Under the pieces are notes generated by a model that saw only the letters and a list, made by a program, of their open reading frames with translations, did not search any database and had not been told where the DNA came from. Of a stretch of DNA of 64,000 nucleotides, positions 47,901-61,182 are shown in pieces (position 1 is the stretch's first letter; every line of letters starts with the position of its first letter). The DNA is from Euglena gracilis (taxonomy: Eukaryota). The stretch lies in assembly GCA_039621445.1 (NCBI GenBank), contig CP154954.1, forward strand, positions 35,201,703-35,265,702, given 5' to 3'. The translations under genes were made by a program, and so were the position numbers.

Positions 47901-50900
47901 TTCGACCATTCCGGGGGACATTTACCAGGTCAGCCCAGGTTACCATGTAAAAATGGACCAAATTGGGCCTTACTCCGAGTAACCGAATGGGTGTTCCAGG
48001 AGGCCTCCAAAGTCAGGGGACCCGTTGGTTTCATGATTGTCGTGGTTTAATGGTAAGAAAAACATGCAGCCGGAAGGTTGGTTGCAAGAAATGAGCAGAT
48101 TTAGATGGGTGCATTCGACCATTCCGGGGGACATTTACCAGGTCAGCCCAGGTTACCATGTAAAAACGGACCAAATTGGGCCTTACTCCGAGTTACCAAA
48201 TGGGTGTTCCAGGAGGCCTCCAAAGTCAGGGGACCCGTTGGTTTCATGATTGTCGTGGTTTAATGGTAAGATAAACATGCAGCGGGAATGTTGGTTGCAA
48301 GAAATGAGCACATTTAGATGGGTGCATTCGACCATTCCGGGGGACATTTACCAGGTCAGCCCAGGTTACCATGTAAAAATGGACCAAATTGGGCCTTACT
48401 CCGAGTAACCGAATGGGTGTTCCAGGAGGCCTCCAAAGTCAGGGGACCCGTTGGTTTCATGATTGTCGTGGTTTAATGGTAAGAAAAACATGCAGCGGGA
48501 AGGTTGGTTGCAAGAAATGAGCAGATTTAGATGGGTGCATTCGACCATTCCGGGGGACATTTACCAGGTCAGCCCAGGTTACCATGTAAAAATGGACCAA
48601 ATTGGGCCTTACTCCGAGTAACCGAATGGGTGTTCCAGGAGGCCTCCAAAGTCAGGGGACCCGTTGGTTTCATGATTGTCGTGGTTTAATGGTAAGATAA
48701 ACATGCAGCGGGAATGTTGGTTGCAAGAAATGAGCACATTTAGATGGGTGCATTCGACCATTCCGGGGGACATTTACCAGGTCAGCCCAGGTTACCATGT
48801 AAAAATGGACCAAATTGGGCCGTACTCCGAGTTACCGAATGGGTGTTCCAGGAGGCCTCCAAAGTCAGGGGACCCGTTGGTTTCATGATTGTCGTGGTTT
48901 AATGGTAAGAAAACATGCAGCGGGAATGTTGGTTGCAAGAAATGAGCACATTTAGATGGGTGCATTCGACCATTCCGGGGGACATTTACCAGGTCAGCCC
49001 AGGTTACCATGTAAAAATGGACCAAATTGGGCCTTACTCCGAGTAACCGAATGGGTGTTCCAGGAGGCCTCCAAAGTCAGGGGACCCGTTGGTTTCATGA
49101 TTGTCGTGGTTTAATGGTAAGAAAAACATGCAACCGGAAGGTTGGTTGCAAGAAATGAGCAGATTTAGATGGGTGCATTCGACCATTCCGGGGGACATTT
49201 ACCAGGTCAGCCCAGGTTACCATGTAAAAATGGACCAAATTGGGCCTTACTCCGAGTTACCGAATGGGTGTTCCAGGAGGCCTCCAAAGTCAGGGGACCC
49301 GTTGGTTTCATGATTGTCGTGGTTTAATGGTAGGAAAAACATGCAGCGGGAATGTTGGTTGCAAGAAATGAGCAGATTTAGATGGGTGCATTCGACCATT
49401 CCGGGGGACATTTACCAGGTCAGCCCAGGTTACCATGAAAAAATGGACCAAATTCGGCCCTACTCCGAGTAACCGAATGGGTGTTCCAGGAGGCCTCCAA
49501 AGTCAGGGGACCCGTTGGTTTCATGGTTGTCGTGGTTTAATGGTAGGAAAAACATGCAGCGGGAATGTTGGTTGCAAGAAATGAGCAGATTTAGATGGGT
49601 GCATTCGACCATTCCGGGGGACATTTACCAGGTCAGCCCAGGTTACCATGAAAAAATGGACCAAATTGGGCCTTACTCCGAGTAACCGAATGGGTGTTCC
49701 AGGAGGCCTCCAAAGTCAGGGGACCCGTTGGTTTCATGATTGTCGTGGTTTAATGGTAAGAAAAACATGCAGAGGGAATGTTGGTTGCAAGAAATGAGCA
49801 GATTTAGATGGGTGCATTCGACCATTCCGGGGGACATTTACCAGGTCAGCCCAGGTTACCATGTAAAAATGGACCAAATTGGGCCTTACTCCGAGTAACC
49901 GAATGGGTGTTCCAGGAGGCCTCCAAAGTCAGGGGACCCGTTGGTTTCATGATTGTCATGTTTAATGGTAAGAAAAACATGCAACCGGAAGGTTGGTTGC
50001 AAGAAATGAGCACATTTAGATGGGTGCATTCGACCATTCTGGGGGACATTTACCTGGTCAGCCCAGGTTACCATGTAAAAATGGACCAAATTGGGCCTTA
50101 CTCCTAGTAACCAAATGGGTGTTCCAGGAGGCCTCCAAAGTCAGGGGACCCGTTGGTTTCATGATTGTCGTGGTTTAATGGTAAGAAAAACATGCAGCGG
50201 GCAGGTTGGTTGCAAGAAATGAGCAGATTTAGATGGGTGCATTCGACCATTCCGGGGGACATTTACCAGGTCAGCCCAGGTTACCATGTAAAAATGGACC
50301 AAATTGGGCCTTACTCCGAGTTACCGAATGGGTGTTCCAGGAGGCCTCCAAAGTCAGGGGACCCGTTGGTTTCATGATTGTCGTGGTTTAATGGTAAGAA
50401 AAACATGCAGCCGGAAGGTTGGTTGCAAGAAATGAGCAGATTTAGATGGGTGCATTCGACCATTCCGGGGGACATTTACCAGGTCAGCCCAGGTTACCAT
50501 GTAAAAATGGACCAAATTGGGCCTTACTCCGAGTTACCGAATGGGTGTTCCAGGAGGCCTCCAAAGTCAGGGGACCCGTTGGTTTCATGATTGTCGTGGT
50601 TTTAATGGTAAAAAAAACATGCAGCGGGAAGGTTGGTTGCAAGAAATGAGCAGATTTAGATGGGTGCATTCGACCATTCCGGGGGACATTTACCAGGTCA
50701 GCCCAGGTTACCATGTAAAAATGGACCAAATTGGGCCTTACTCCGAGTAACCGAATGGGTGTTCCAGGAGGCCTCCAAAGTCAGGGGACCCGTTGGTTTC
50801 ATGATTTTCGTGGTTTAATGGTAAGAAAAACATGCAGCCGGAAGGTTGGTTGCAAGACATGAGCAGATTTAGATGGGTGCATTCGACCATTCCGGGGGAC

Positions 50901-53900
50901 ATTTACCAGGTCAGCCCAGGTTACCATGTAAAAATGGACCAAATTGGGCCTTACTCCGAGTAACCGAATGGGTGTTCCAGGAGGCCTCCAAAGTCAGGGG
51001 ACCCGTTGGTTTCATGATTGTCGTGGTTTAATGGTAAGAAAAACATGCAGCCGGAAGGTTGGTTGCAGGAAATGAGCAGATTTAGATGGGTGCATTCGAC
51101 CATTCCGGGGGACATTTACCAGGTCAGCCCAGGTTACCATGTAAAAATGGACCAAATTGGGCCTTACTCCGAGTAACCGAATGGGTGTTCCAGGAGGCCT
51201 CCAAAGTCAGGGGACCCGTTGGTTTCATGATTGTCGTGGTTTAATGGTAAGAAAAACATGCAGCGGGAATGTTGGTTGCAGAAAATGAGCACATTTAGAC
51301 GGGTGCATTCGACCATTCCGGGGGACATTTACCAGGTCAGCCCAGGTTACCATGTAAAAATGGACCAAATTGGGCCTTACTCCGAGTAACCAAATTGGTG
51401 TTCCAGGAGGCCTCCAAAGTCAGGGGACCCGTTGGTTTCATGATTGTCGTGGTTTAATGGTAAGAAAAACATGCAGCCGGAAGGTTGGTTGCAAGAAATG
51501 AGCTGATTTAGATGGGTGCATTCGACCATTCCGGGGGACATTTACCAGGTCAGCCCAGGTTACCATGTAAAAATGGACCAAATTGGGCCTTACTCCGAGT
51601 AACCGAATGGGTGTTCCAGGAGGCCTCCAAAGTCAGGGGACCCGTTGGTTTCATGATTGTCGTGGTTTAATGGTAAGAAAAACATGCAGCGGGAATGTTG
51701 GTTGCTAGAAATGAGCACATTTAGATGGGTGCAGTCGACCATTCTGGGGGACATTTACCAGATCAGCCCAGGTTACCATGTAAAAATGGACCAAATTGGG
51801 CCTTACTCCGAGTAACCGAATGGGTGTTCCAGGAGGCCTCCAAAGTCAGGGGACCCGTTGGTTTCATGATTGTCGTGGTTTAATGGTAAGATAATCATGC
51901 AGCGGGAATGTTGGTTGCAAGAAATGAGCACATTTAGATGGGTGCATTCGACCATTCCGGGGGACATTTACCAGGTCAGCCCAGGTTACCATGTAAAAAT
52001 GGACCAAATTGGGCCTTACTGCGAGTAACCGAATGGGTATTCCAGGAGGCCTCCAAAGTCAGGGGACCCGTTGGTTTCATGATTGTCGTGGTTTAATGGT
52101 AAGAAAAACATGCAGCGGGAAGGTTGGTTGCAAGAAATGAGCAGATTTAGATGGGTGCATTCGACCATTCCGGGGGACATTTACCAGGTCAGCCCAGGTT
52201 ACCATGTAAAAATGGACCAAATTGGGCCTTACTCCGAGTAACCAAATGGGTGTTCCAGGAGGCCTCCAAAGTCAGGGGACCCGTTGGTTTCATGATTGTC
52301 GTGGTTTAATGGTAAGAAAAACATGCAGCGGGAATGTTGGTTGCAAGAAATGAGCAGATTTAGATGGGTGCATTCGACCATTCCGGGGGACATTTACCAG
52401 GTCAGCCCAGGTTACCATGTAAAAATGGACCAAATTGGGCCTTATTCCGAGTTACCGAATGGGTGTTCCAGGAGGCCTCCAAAGTCAGGGGACCCGTTGG
52501 TTTCATGATTGTTGTGGTTTAATGGTAAGAAAAACATGCAGCGTGAATGTTGGTTGCAAGAAATGAGCAGATTTAGATGGGTGCATTCGACCATTCCGGG
52601 GGACATTTACCAGGTCAGCCCAGGTTACCATGTAAAAATGGACCAAATTGGGCCTTACTCCGAGTAACCGAATGGGTGTTCCAGGAGGCCTCCAAAGTCA
52701 GGGACCCGTTGGTTTCATGATTGTCGTGGTTTAATTGTAAGACAAACATGCAACCGGAAGGTTGGTTGCAAGAAATGAGCACATTTAGATGGGTGCATTC
52801 GACCATTCCGGGGGACATTTACCTGGTCAGCCCAGGTTACCATGTAAAAATGGACCAGATTGGGCCTTACTCCGAGTAACCAAATGGGTGTTCCAGGAGG
52901 CCTCCAAAGTCAGGGGACCCGTTGGTTTCATGGTTGTCGTGGTTTAATGGTAGGACAAACATGCAGCGGGAACGTTGGTTGCAAGAAATGAGCAGATTTA
53001 GATGGGTGCATTCGACCATTCCGGGGGACATTTACCAGGTCAGCCCAGGTTACCATGTAAAAATGGACCAAATTGGGCCTTACTCCGAGTAACCGAATGG
53101 GTGTTCCAGGAGGCCTCCAAAGTCAGGGGACCCGTTGGTTTCATGATTGTCGTGGTTTAATGGTAAGAAAAACATGCAACCGGAAGGTTTGTTGCAAGAA
53201 ATGAGCACATATAGATGGGTGCATTCGACCATTCCGGGGGACATTTACCTGGTCAGCCCAGGTTACCATGTAAAAATGGACCAAACTGGGCCTTACTCCG
53301 AGTAACCGAATGGCTGTTCCAGGAGGCCTCCAAAATCAGGGGACCCGTTGGTTTCATGATTGTCGTGGTTTAATGGTAAGATAAACATGCAGCGGGAATG
53401 TTGGTTGCAAGAAATGAGCACATTTAGATGGGTGCATTCGACCATTCCGGGGGACATTTACCAGGTCAGCCCAGGTTACCATGTAAAAATGGACCAAATT
53501 GGGCCTTACTCCGAGTAACCGAATGGGTGTTCCAGGAGGCCTCCAAAGTCAGGGGACCCGTTGGTTTCATGATTGTCGTGGTTTAATGGTAAGAAAAACA
53601 TGCAGCCGGAAGGTTGGTTGCAAGAAATGAGCAGATTTAGATGGGTGCATTCGACCATTCCGGGGGACATTTACCAGGTCAGCCCAGGTTACCATGTAAA
53701 AATGGACCAAATAGGGCCTTACTCCGAGTAACCGAATGGGTGTTCCAGGAGGCCTCCAAAGTCAGGGGACCCGTTGGTTTCATGATTGTCGTGGTTTAAT
53801 GGTAAGAAAAACATGCAGCGGGAATGTTGGTTGCTAGAAATGAGCACATTTAGACGGGTGCATTCGACCATTCCGGGGGACATTTACCAGGTCAGCCCAG

Positions 53901-56900
53901 GTTACCATGTAAAAATGGACCAAATTGGGCCTTACTCCGAGTAACCAAATTGGTGTTCCAGGAGGCCTCCAAAGTCAGGGGACCCGTTGGTTTCATGATT
54001 GTCGTGGTTTAATGGTAAGAAAAACATGCAGCCGGAAGGTTGGTTGCAAGAAATGAGCTGATTTAGATGGGTGCATTCGACCATTCCGGGGGACATTTAC
54101 CAGGTCAGCCCAGGTTACCATGTAAAAATGGACCAAATTGGGCCTTACTCCGAGTAACCGAATGGGTGTTCCAGGAGGCCTCCAAAGTCAGGGGACCCGT
54201 TGGTTTCATGATTGTCGTGGTTTAATGGTAAGAAAAACATGCAGCGGGAATGTTGGTTGCTAGAAATGAGCACATTTAGATGGGTGCAGTCGACCATTCT
54301 GGGGGACATTTACCAGGTCAGCCCAGGTTACCATGTAAAAATGGACCAAATTGGGCCTTACTCCGAGTAACCGAATGGGTGTTCCAGGAGGCCTCCAAAG
54401 TCAGGGGACCCGTTGGTTTCATGATTGTCGTGGTTTAATGGTAAGAAAAACATGCAGCGGGAATGTTGGTTGCAAGAAATGAGCACATTTGGATGGGTGC
54501 ATTCGACCATTCCGGGGGACATTTACCAGGTCAGCCCAGGTTACCATGTAAAAATGGACCAAATTGGGCCTTACTGCGAGTAACCGAATGGGTGTTCCAG
54601 GAGGCCTCCAAAGTCAGGGGACCCGTTGGTTTCATGATTGTCGTGGTTTAATGGTAAGAAAAACATGCAGCGGGAAGGTTGGTTGCAAGAAATGAGCAGA
54701 TTTAGATGGGTGCATTCGACCATTCCGGGGGACATTTACCAGGTCAGCCCAGGTTACCATGTAAAAATGGACCAAATTGGGCCTTACTCCGAGTTACCGA
54801 ATGGGTGTTCCAGGAGGCCTCCAGAGTCAGGGGACCCGTTGGTTTCATGATTGTCGTGGTTTAATGGTAAGAAAAACATGCAGCGGGAATGTTGGTTGCA
54901 AGAAATGAGCAGATTTAGATGGGTGCATTCGACCATTCCGGGGGACATTTACCAGGTCAGCCCAGGTTACCATGTAAAAATGGACCAAATTGGGCCTTAC
55001 TCCGAGTAACCGAATGGGTGTTCCAGGAGGCCTCCAAAGTCAGGGGACCCGTTGGTTTCATGATTGTCGTGGTTTAATGGTAAGAAAAACATGCAGCGGG
55101 AATGTTGGTTGCAAGAAATGAGCCCATTTAGATGGGTGCATTCGACCATTCCGGGGGACATTTACCATGTCAGCCCAGGTTACCATGTAAAAATGGACCA
55201 AATTGGGCCTTACTCCGAGTAACCGAATGGGTGTTCCAGGAGGCCTCCAAAGTCACGGGACCCGTTGGTTTCATGATTGTCGTGGTTTAATTGTAAGACA
55301 AACATGCAACCGGTTGCAAGAAATGAGCACATTTAGATGGGTGCATTCGACCATTCCGGGGGACATTTACCAGGTCAGCCCAGGTTACCATGTAAAAATG
55401 GACCAAATTGGGCCTTACTCCGAGTAACCGAATGGGTGTTCCAGGAGGCCTCCAAAGTCAGGGGACCGTTGGTTTCATGATTGTCGTGGTTTAATGGTAA
55501 GAAAAACATGCAACCGGAAGGTTTGTTGCAAGAAATGAGCACATATAGATGGGTGCATTCGACCATTCCGGGGGACATTTACCTGGTCAGCCCAGGTTAC
55601 CATGTAAAAATGGACCAAACTGGGCCTTACTCCGAGTAACCGAATGGGTGTTCCAGGAGGCCTCCAAAGTCAGGGGACCCGTTGGTTTCATGATTGTCGT
55701 GGTTTAATGGTAAGAAAAACATGCAGCGGGAATGTTGGTTGCAAGAAATGAGCACATTTAGATGGGTGCATTCGACCATTCCGGGGGACATTTACCAGGT
55801 CAGCCCAGGTTACCATGTAAAAAAAAATGGACCAAATTGGGCCTTACTCCGAGTAACCGAATGGGTGTTCCAGGAGGCCTCCAAAGTCAGGGGAGCCGTT
55901 GGTTTCATGATTGTCGTGGTTTAATGGTAAGAAAAACATGCGGCGGGAATGTTGGTTGCAAGAAATGAGCAGATTTAGATGGGTGCATTCGACCATTCCG
56001 GGGGACATTTACCAGGTCAGCCCAGGTTACCATGTAAAAATGGACCAAATTGGGCCTTACTCCGAGTAACCGAATGGGTGTTCCAGGAGGCCTCCAAAGT
56101 CAGGGGACCCGTTGGTTTCATGATTGTCGTGGTTTAATTGTAAAAAAAAACATGCAACCGGAAGGTTGGTTGCAAGAAATGAGCACATTTAGATGGGTGC
56201 ATTCGACCATTCCGGGGGACATTTACCTGGTCAGCCCAGGTTACCATGTAAAAATGGACCAAATTGGGCCTTACTCCGAGTAACCAAATGGGTGTTCCAG
56301 GAGGCCTCCAAAGTCAGGGGACCCGTTGGTTTCATGGTTGTCGTGGTTTAATGGTAAGAAAAACATGCAGCGGGAACGTTGGTTGCAAGAAATGAGCAGA
56401 TTTAGATCGGTGCATTCGACCATTCCGGGGGACATTTACCAGGTCAGCCCAGGTTACCATGTAAAAATGGACCAAATTGGGCCTTACTCCGAGTAACCGA
56501 ATGGGTGTTCCAGGAGGCCTCCAAAGTCAGGGGACCCGTTGGTTTCATGATTGTCGTGGTTTAATGGTAGGAAAAACATGCAGCGGGAAGGTTGGTTGCA
56601 AGAAATGAGCACATTTAGATGGGTGCATTCGACCATTCCGGGGGACATTTACCAGGTCAGCCCAGGTTACCATGTAAAAATGGACCAAATTGGGCCTTAC
56701 TCCGAGTTACGAAATGGGTGTTCCAGGAGGCCTCCAAAGTCAGGGGACCCGTTGGTTTCATGATTGTCGTGGTTTAATGGTAAGAAAAACATGCAGCGGG
56801 AATGTTGGTTGCAAGAAATGAGCACATTTAGATGGGTGCATTCGACCATTCCGGGGGACATTTACCAGGTCAGCCCAGGTTACCATGTAAAAATGGACCA

Positions 56901-59900
56901 AATTGGGCCTTACTCCGAGTAACCAAATGGGTGTTCCAGGAGGCCTCCAAAGTCAGGGGACCCGTTGGTTTCATGATTGTCGTGGTTTAATGGTAAGATA
57001 AACATGCAGCGGGAATGTTGGTTGCAAGAAATGAGCACATTTAGATGGGTGCATTCGACCATTCCGGGGGACATTTACCAGGTCAGCCCAGGTTACCATG
57101 TAAAAAAAAATGGACCAAATTGGGCCTTACTCCGAGTAACCGAATGCGTGTTCCAGGAGGCCTCCAAAGTCAGGGGACCCGTTGGTTTCATGATTGTCGT
57201 GGTTTAATGGTAAGAAAAACATGCAGCGGGAAGGTTGGTTGCAAGAAATGAGCACATTTAGATGGGTGCATTCGACCATTCCGGGGGACATTTACCTGGT
57301 CAGCCCAGGTTACCATGTAAAAATGGACCAAATTGGGCCTTACTCCGAGTTACGGAATGGGTGTTCCAGGAGGCCTCCAAAGTCAGGGGACCCGTTGGTT
57401 TCATGATTGTCGTGGTTTAATGGTAAGACAAACATGCAGCGGGAATGTTGGTTGCAGGAAAATGAGCACATTTAGATGGATGCATTCGACCATTCCGGGG
57501 GACATTTACCAGGTCAGCCCAGGTTACCATGTAAAAATGGACCAAATTGGACCTTACTCCGAGTAACCGAATGGGTGTTCCAGGAGGCCTCCAAAGTCAG
57601 GGGACCCGTTGGTTTCATGATTGTCGTGGTTTAATTGTAAGAAAAACATGCAGCGGGAACGTTGGTTGCAAGAAATGAGCAGATTTAGACGGGTGCATTC
57701 GACCATTCCGGGGGCCATTTACCAGGTCAGCCCAGGTTACCATGTAAAAATGGACCAAATTGGGCCTTACTCCGAGTAACCGAATGGGTGTTCCAGGAGG
57801 CCTCCAAAGTCAGGGGACCCGTTGGTTTCATGATTGTCGTGGTTTAATGGTAAGAAAAACATGCAGCGGGAAGGTTGGTTGCAAGAAATGAGCACATTTA
57901 GATGGGTGCATTCGACCATTCCGGGGGACATTTACCAGGTCAGCCCAGGTTACCATGTAAAAATGGACCAAATTGGGCCTTACTCCGAGTTACAGAATGG
58001 GTGTTCCAGGAGGCCTCCAAAGTCAGGGGACCCGTTGGTTTCATGATTGTCGTGGTTTAATGGTAAGATAAACATGCAGCGGGAATGTTGGTTGCAAGAA
58101 ATGAGCAGATTTAGATGGGTGCATTCGACCATTCCGGGGGACATTTACCAGGTCAGCCCAGGTTACCATGTAAAAATGGACCAAATTGGGCCTTACTCCG
58201 AGTAACCGAATGGGTGTTCCAGGAGGCCTCCAAAGTCAGGGGACCCGTTGGTTTCATGATTGTCGTGGTTTAATTGTAAGAAAAACATGCAGCGGGAATG
58301 TTGGTTGCAAGAAATGAGCAGATTTAGATGGGTGCATTCGACCATTCCGGGTGACATTTACCAGGTCAGCCCAGGTTACCATGTAAAAATGGACCAAATT
58401 GGGCCTTACTCCGAGTAACCGAATGCGTGTTCCAGGAGGCCTCCAAAGTCAGGGGACCCGTTGGTTTCATGATTGTCGTGGTTTAATTGTAAGAAAAACA
58501 TGCAACCGGAAGGTTGGTTGCAAGAAATGAGCACATTTAGATGGGTGCATTCGACCATTCCGGGGGACAGTTACCAGGTCAGCCCAGGTTACCATGTAAA
58601 AATGGACCAAATTGGGCCTTACTCCGAGTAACCGAATGGGTGTTCCAGGAGGCCTCCAAAGTCAGGGGACCCGTTGGTTTCATGATTGTCGTGGTTTAAT
58701 TGTAAGAAAAACATGCAGCGGGAATGTTGGTTGCAAGAAATGAGCAGATTTAGATGGGTGCATTCGACCATTCCGGGGGACATTTACCAGGTCAGCCCAG
58801 GTTACCATGCAAAAATGGACCAAATTGGGCCTTACTCCGAGTAACCGAATGGGTGTTCCAGGAGGCCTCCAAAGTCAGGGGACCCGTTGGTTTCATGATT
58901 GTCGTGGTTTAATGGTAAGAAAAACATGCAGCGGGAATGTTGGTTGCAAGAAATGAGCACATTTAGATGGGTGCATTCGACCATTCCGGGGGACATTTAC
59001 CAGGTCAGCCCAGGTTACCATGTAAAAATGGACCAAATTGGGCCTTACTCCGAGTTACAGAATGGGTGTTCCAGGAGGCCTCCAAAGTCAGGGGACCCGT
59101 TGGTTTCATGATTGTCGTGGTTTAATGGTAAGATAAACATGCAGCGGGAATGTTGGTTGCAAGAAATGAGCACATTTAGATGGGTGCATTCGACCATTCC
59201 GGGGGACATTTACCAGGTCAGCCCAGGTTACCATGTAAAAATGGACCAAATTGGGCCTTACTCCGAGTAACCGAATGGGTGTTCCAGGAGGCCTCCAAAG
59301 TCAGGGGACCCGTTGGTTTCATGATTGTCGTGGTTTAATGGTAAGAAAAACATGCAGCCGGAAGGTTGGTTGCAAGAAATGAGCACATTTAGATGGGTGC
59401 ATTCGACCATTCCGGGGGACATTTACCAGGTCAGCCCAGGTTACCATGTAAAAATGGACCAAATTGGGCCTTACTCCGAGTTACAGAATGGGTGTTCCAG
59501 GAGGCCTCCAAAGTCAGGGGACCCGTTGGTTTCATGATTGTCGTGGTTTAATGGTAAGATAAACATGCAGCGGGAATGTTGGTTGCAAGAAATGAGCACA
59601 TTTAGATGGGTGCATTCGACCATTCCGGGGGACATTTACCAGGTCAGCCCAGGTTACCATGTAAAAATGGACCAAATTGGGCCTTACTCCGAGTAACCGA
59701 ATGGGTGTTCCAGGAGGCCTCCAAAGTCAGGGGACCCGTTGGTTTCATGGTTGTCGTGGTTTAATGGTAGGAAAAACATGCAGCGGGAATGTTGGTTGCA
59801 AGAAATGAGCAGATTTAGATGGGTGCATTCGACCATTCCGGGGGACATTTACCTGGTCAGCCCAGGTTACCATGTAAAAATGGACCAAATTGGGCCTTAC

Positions 59901-61168
59901 TCCGAGTAACCAAATGGGTGTTCCAGGAGGCCTCCAAAGTCAGGGGACCCGGTGGTTTCATGATTGTCGTGGTTTAATGGTAAGAAAAACATGCAGCGGG
60001 AATGTTGGTTGCAAGAAATGAGCACATTTAGATGGGTGCATTCGACCATTCCGGGGGACATTTACCAGGTCAGCCCAGGTTACCATGTAAAAATGGACCA
60101 AATTGGGCCTTACTCCGAGTAACCGAATGGGTGTTCCAGGAGGCCTCCAAAGTCAGGGGACCCGTTGGTTTCATGGTTGTCGTGGTTTAATGGTAGGAAA
60201 AACATGCAGCGGGAATGTTGGTTGCAAGAAATGAGCAGATTTAGATGGGTGCATTCGACCATTCCGGGGGACATTTACCAGGTCAGCCCAGGTTACCATG
60301 TAAAAATGGACCAAATTGGGCCTTACTCCGAGTAACCGAATGGGTGTTCCAGGAGGCCTCCAAAGTCAGGGGACCCGTTGGTTTCATGATTGTCGTGGTT
60401 TAATAGTAAGAAAAACATGCAGCGGGAAGGTTGGTTGCAAGAAATGAGCACATTTAGATGGGTGCATTCGACCATTCCGGGGGACATTTACCAGGTCAGC
60501 CCAGGTTACCATGTAAAAATGGACCAAATTGGGCCTTACTCCGAGTTACAGAATGGGTGTTCCAGGAGGCCTCCAAAGTCAGGGGACCCGTTGGTTTCAT
60601 GATTGTCGTGGTTTAATGGTAAGATAAACATGCAGCGGGAATGTTGGTTGCAAGAAATGAGCACATTTAGATGGGTGCATTCGACCATTCCGGGGGACAT
60701 TTACCAGGTCAGCCCAGGTTACCATGTAAAAATGGACCAAATTGGGCCTTACTCCGAGTAACCGAATGGGTGTTCCAGGAGGCCTCCAAAGTCAGGGGAC
60801 CCGTTGGTTTCATGGTTGTCGTGGTTTAATGGTAGGAAAACATGCAGCGGGAATGTTGGTTGCAAGAAATGAGCAGATTTAGATGGGTGCATTCGACCAT
60901 TCCGGGGGACATTTACCTGGTCAGCCCAGGTTACCATGTGAAAATGGACCAAATTGGGCCTTACTCCGAGTAACCAAATGGGTGTTCCAGGAGGCCTCCA
61001 AAGTCAGGGGACCCGGTGGTTTCATGATTGTCGTGGTTTAATGGTAAGAAAAACATGCAGCGGGAATGTTGGTTGCAAGAAATGAGCACATTTAGATGGG
61101 TGCATTCGACCATTCCGGGGGACATTTACCAGGTCAGCCCAGGTTACCATGTAAAAATGGACCAAATT
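35917..61168 (+). repeat. 213-bp satellite, block D (~118 monomers, GGGGACATTT type)
   Basis: Highly homogeneous tandem monomers with local variant clusters. Confidence 0.98.
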
Positions 61169-61182
61169 AGGACCAACCTACA

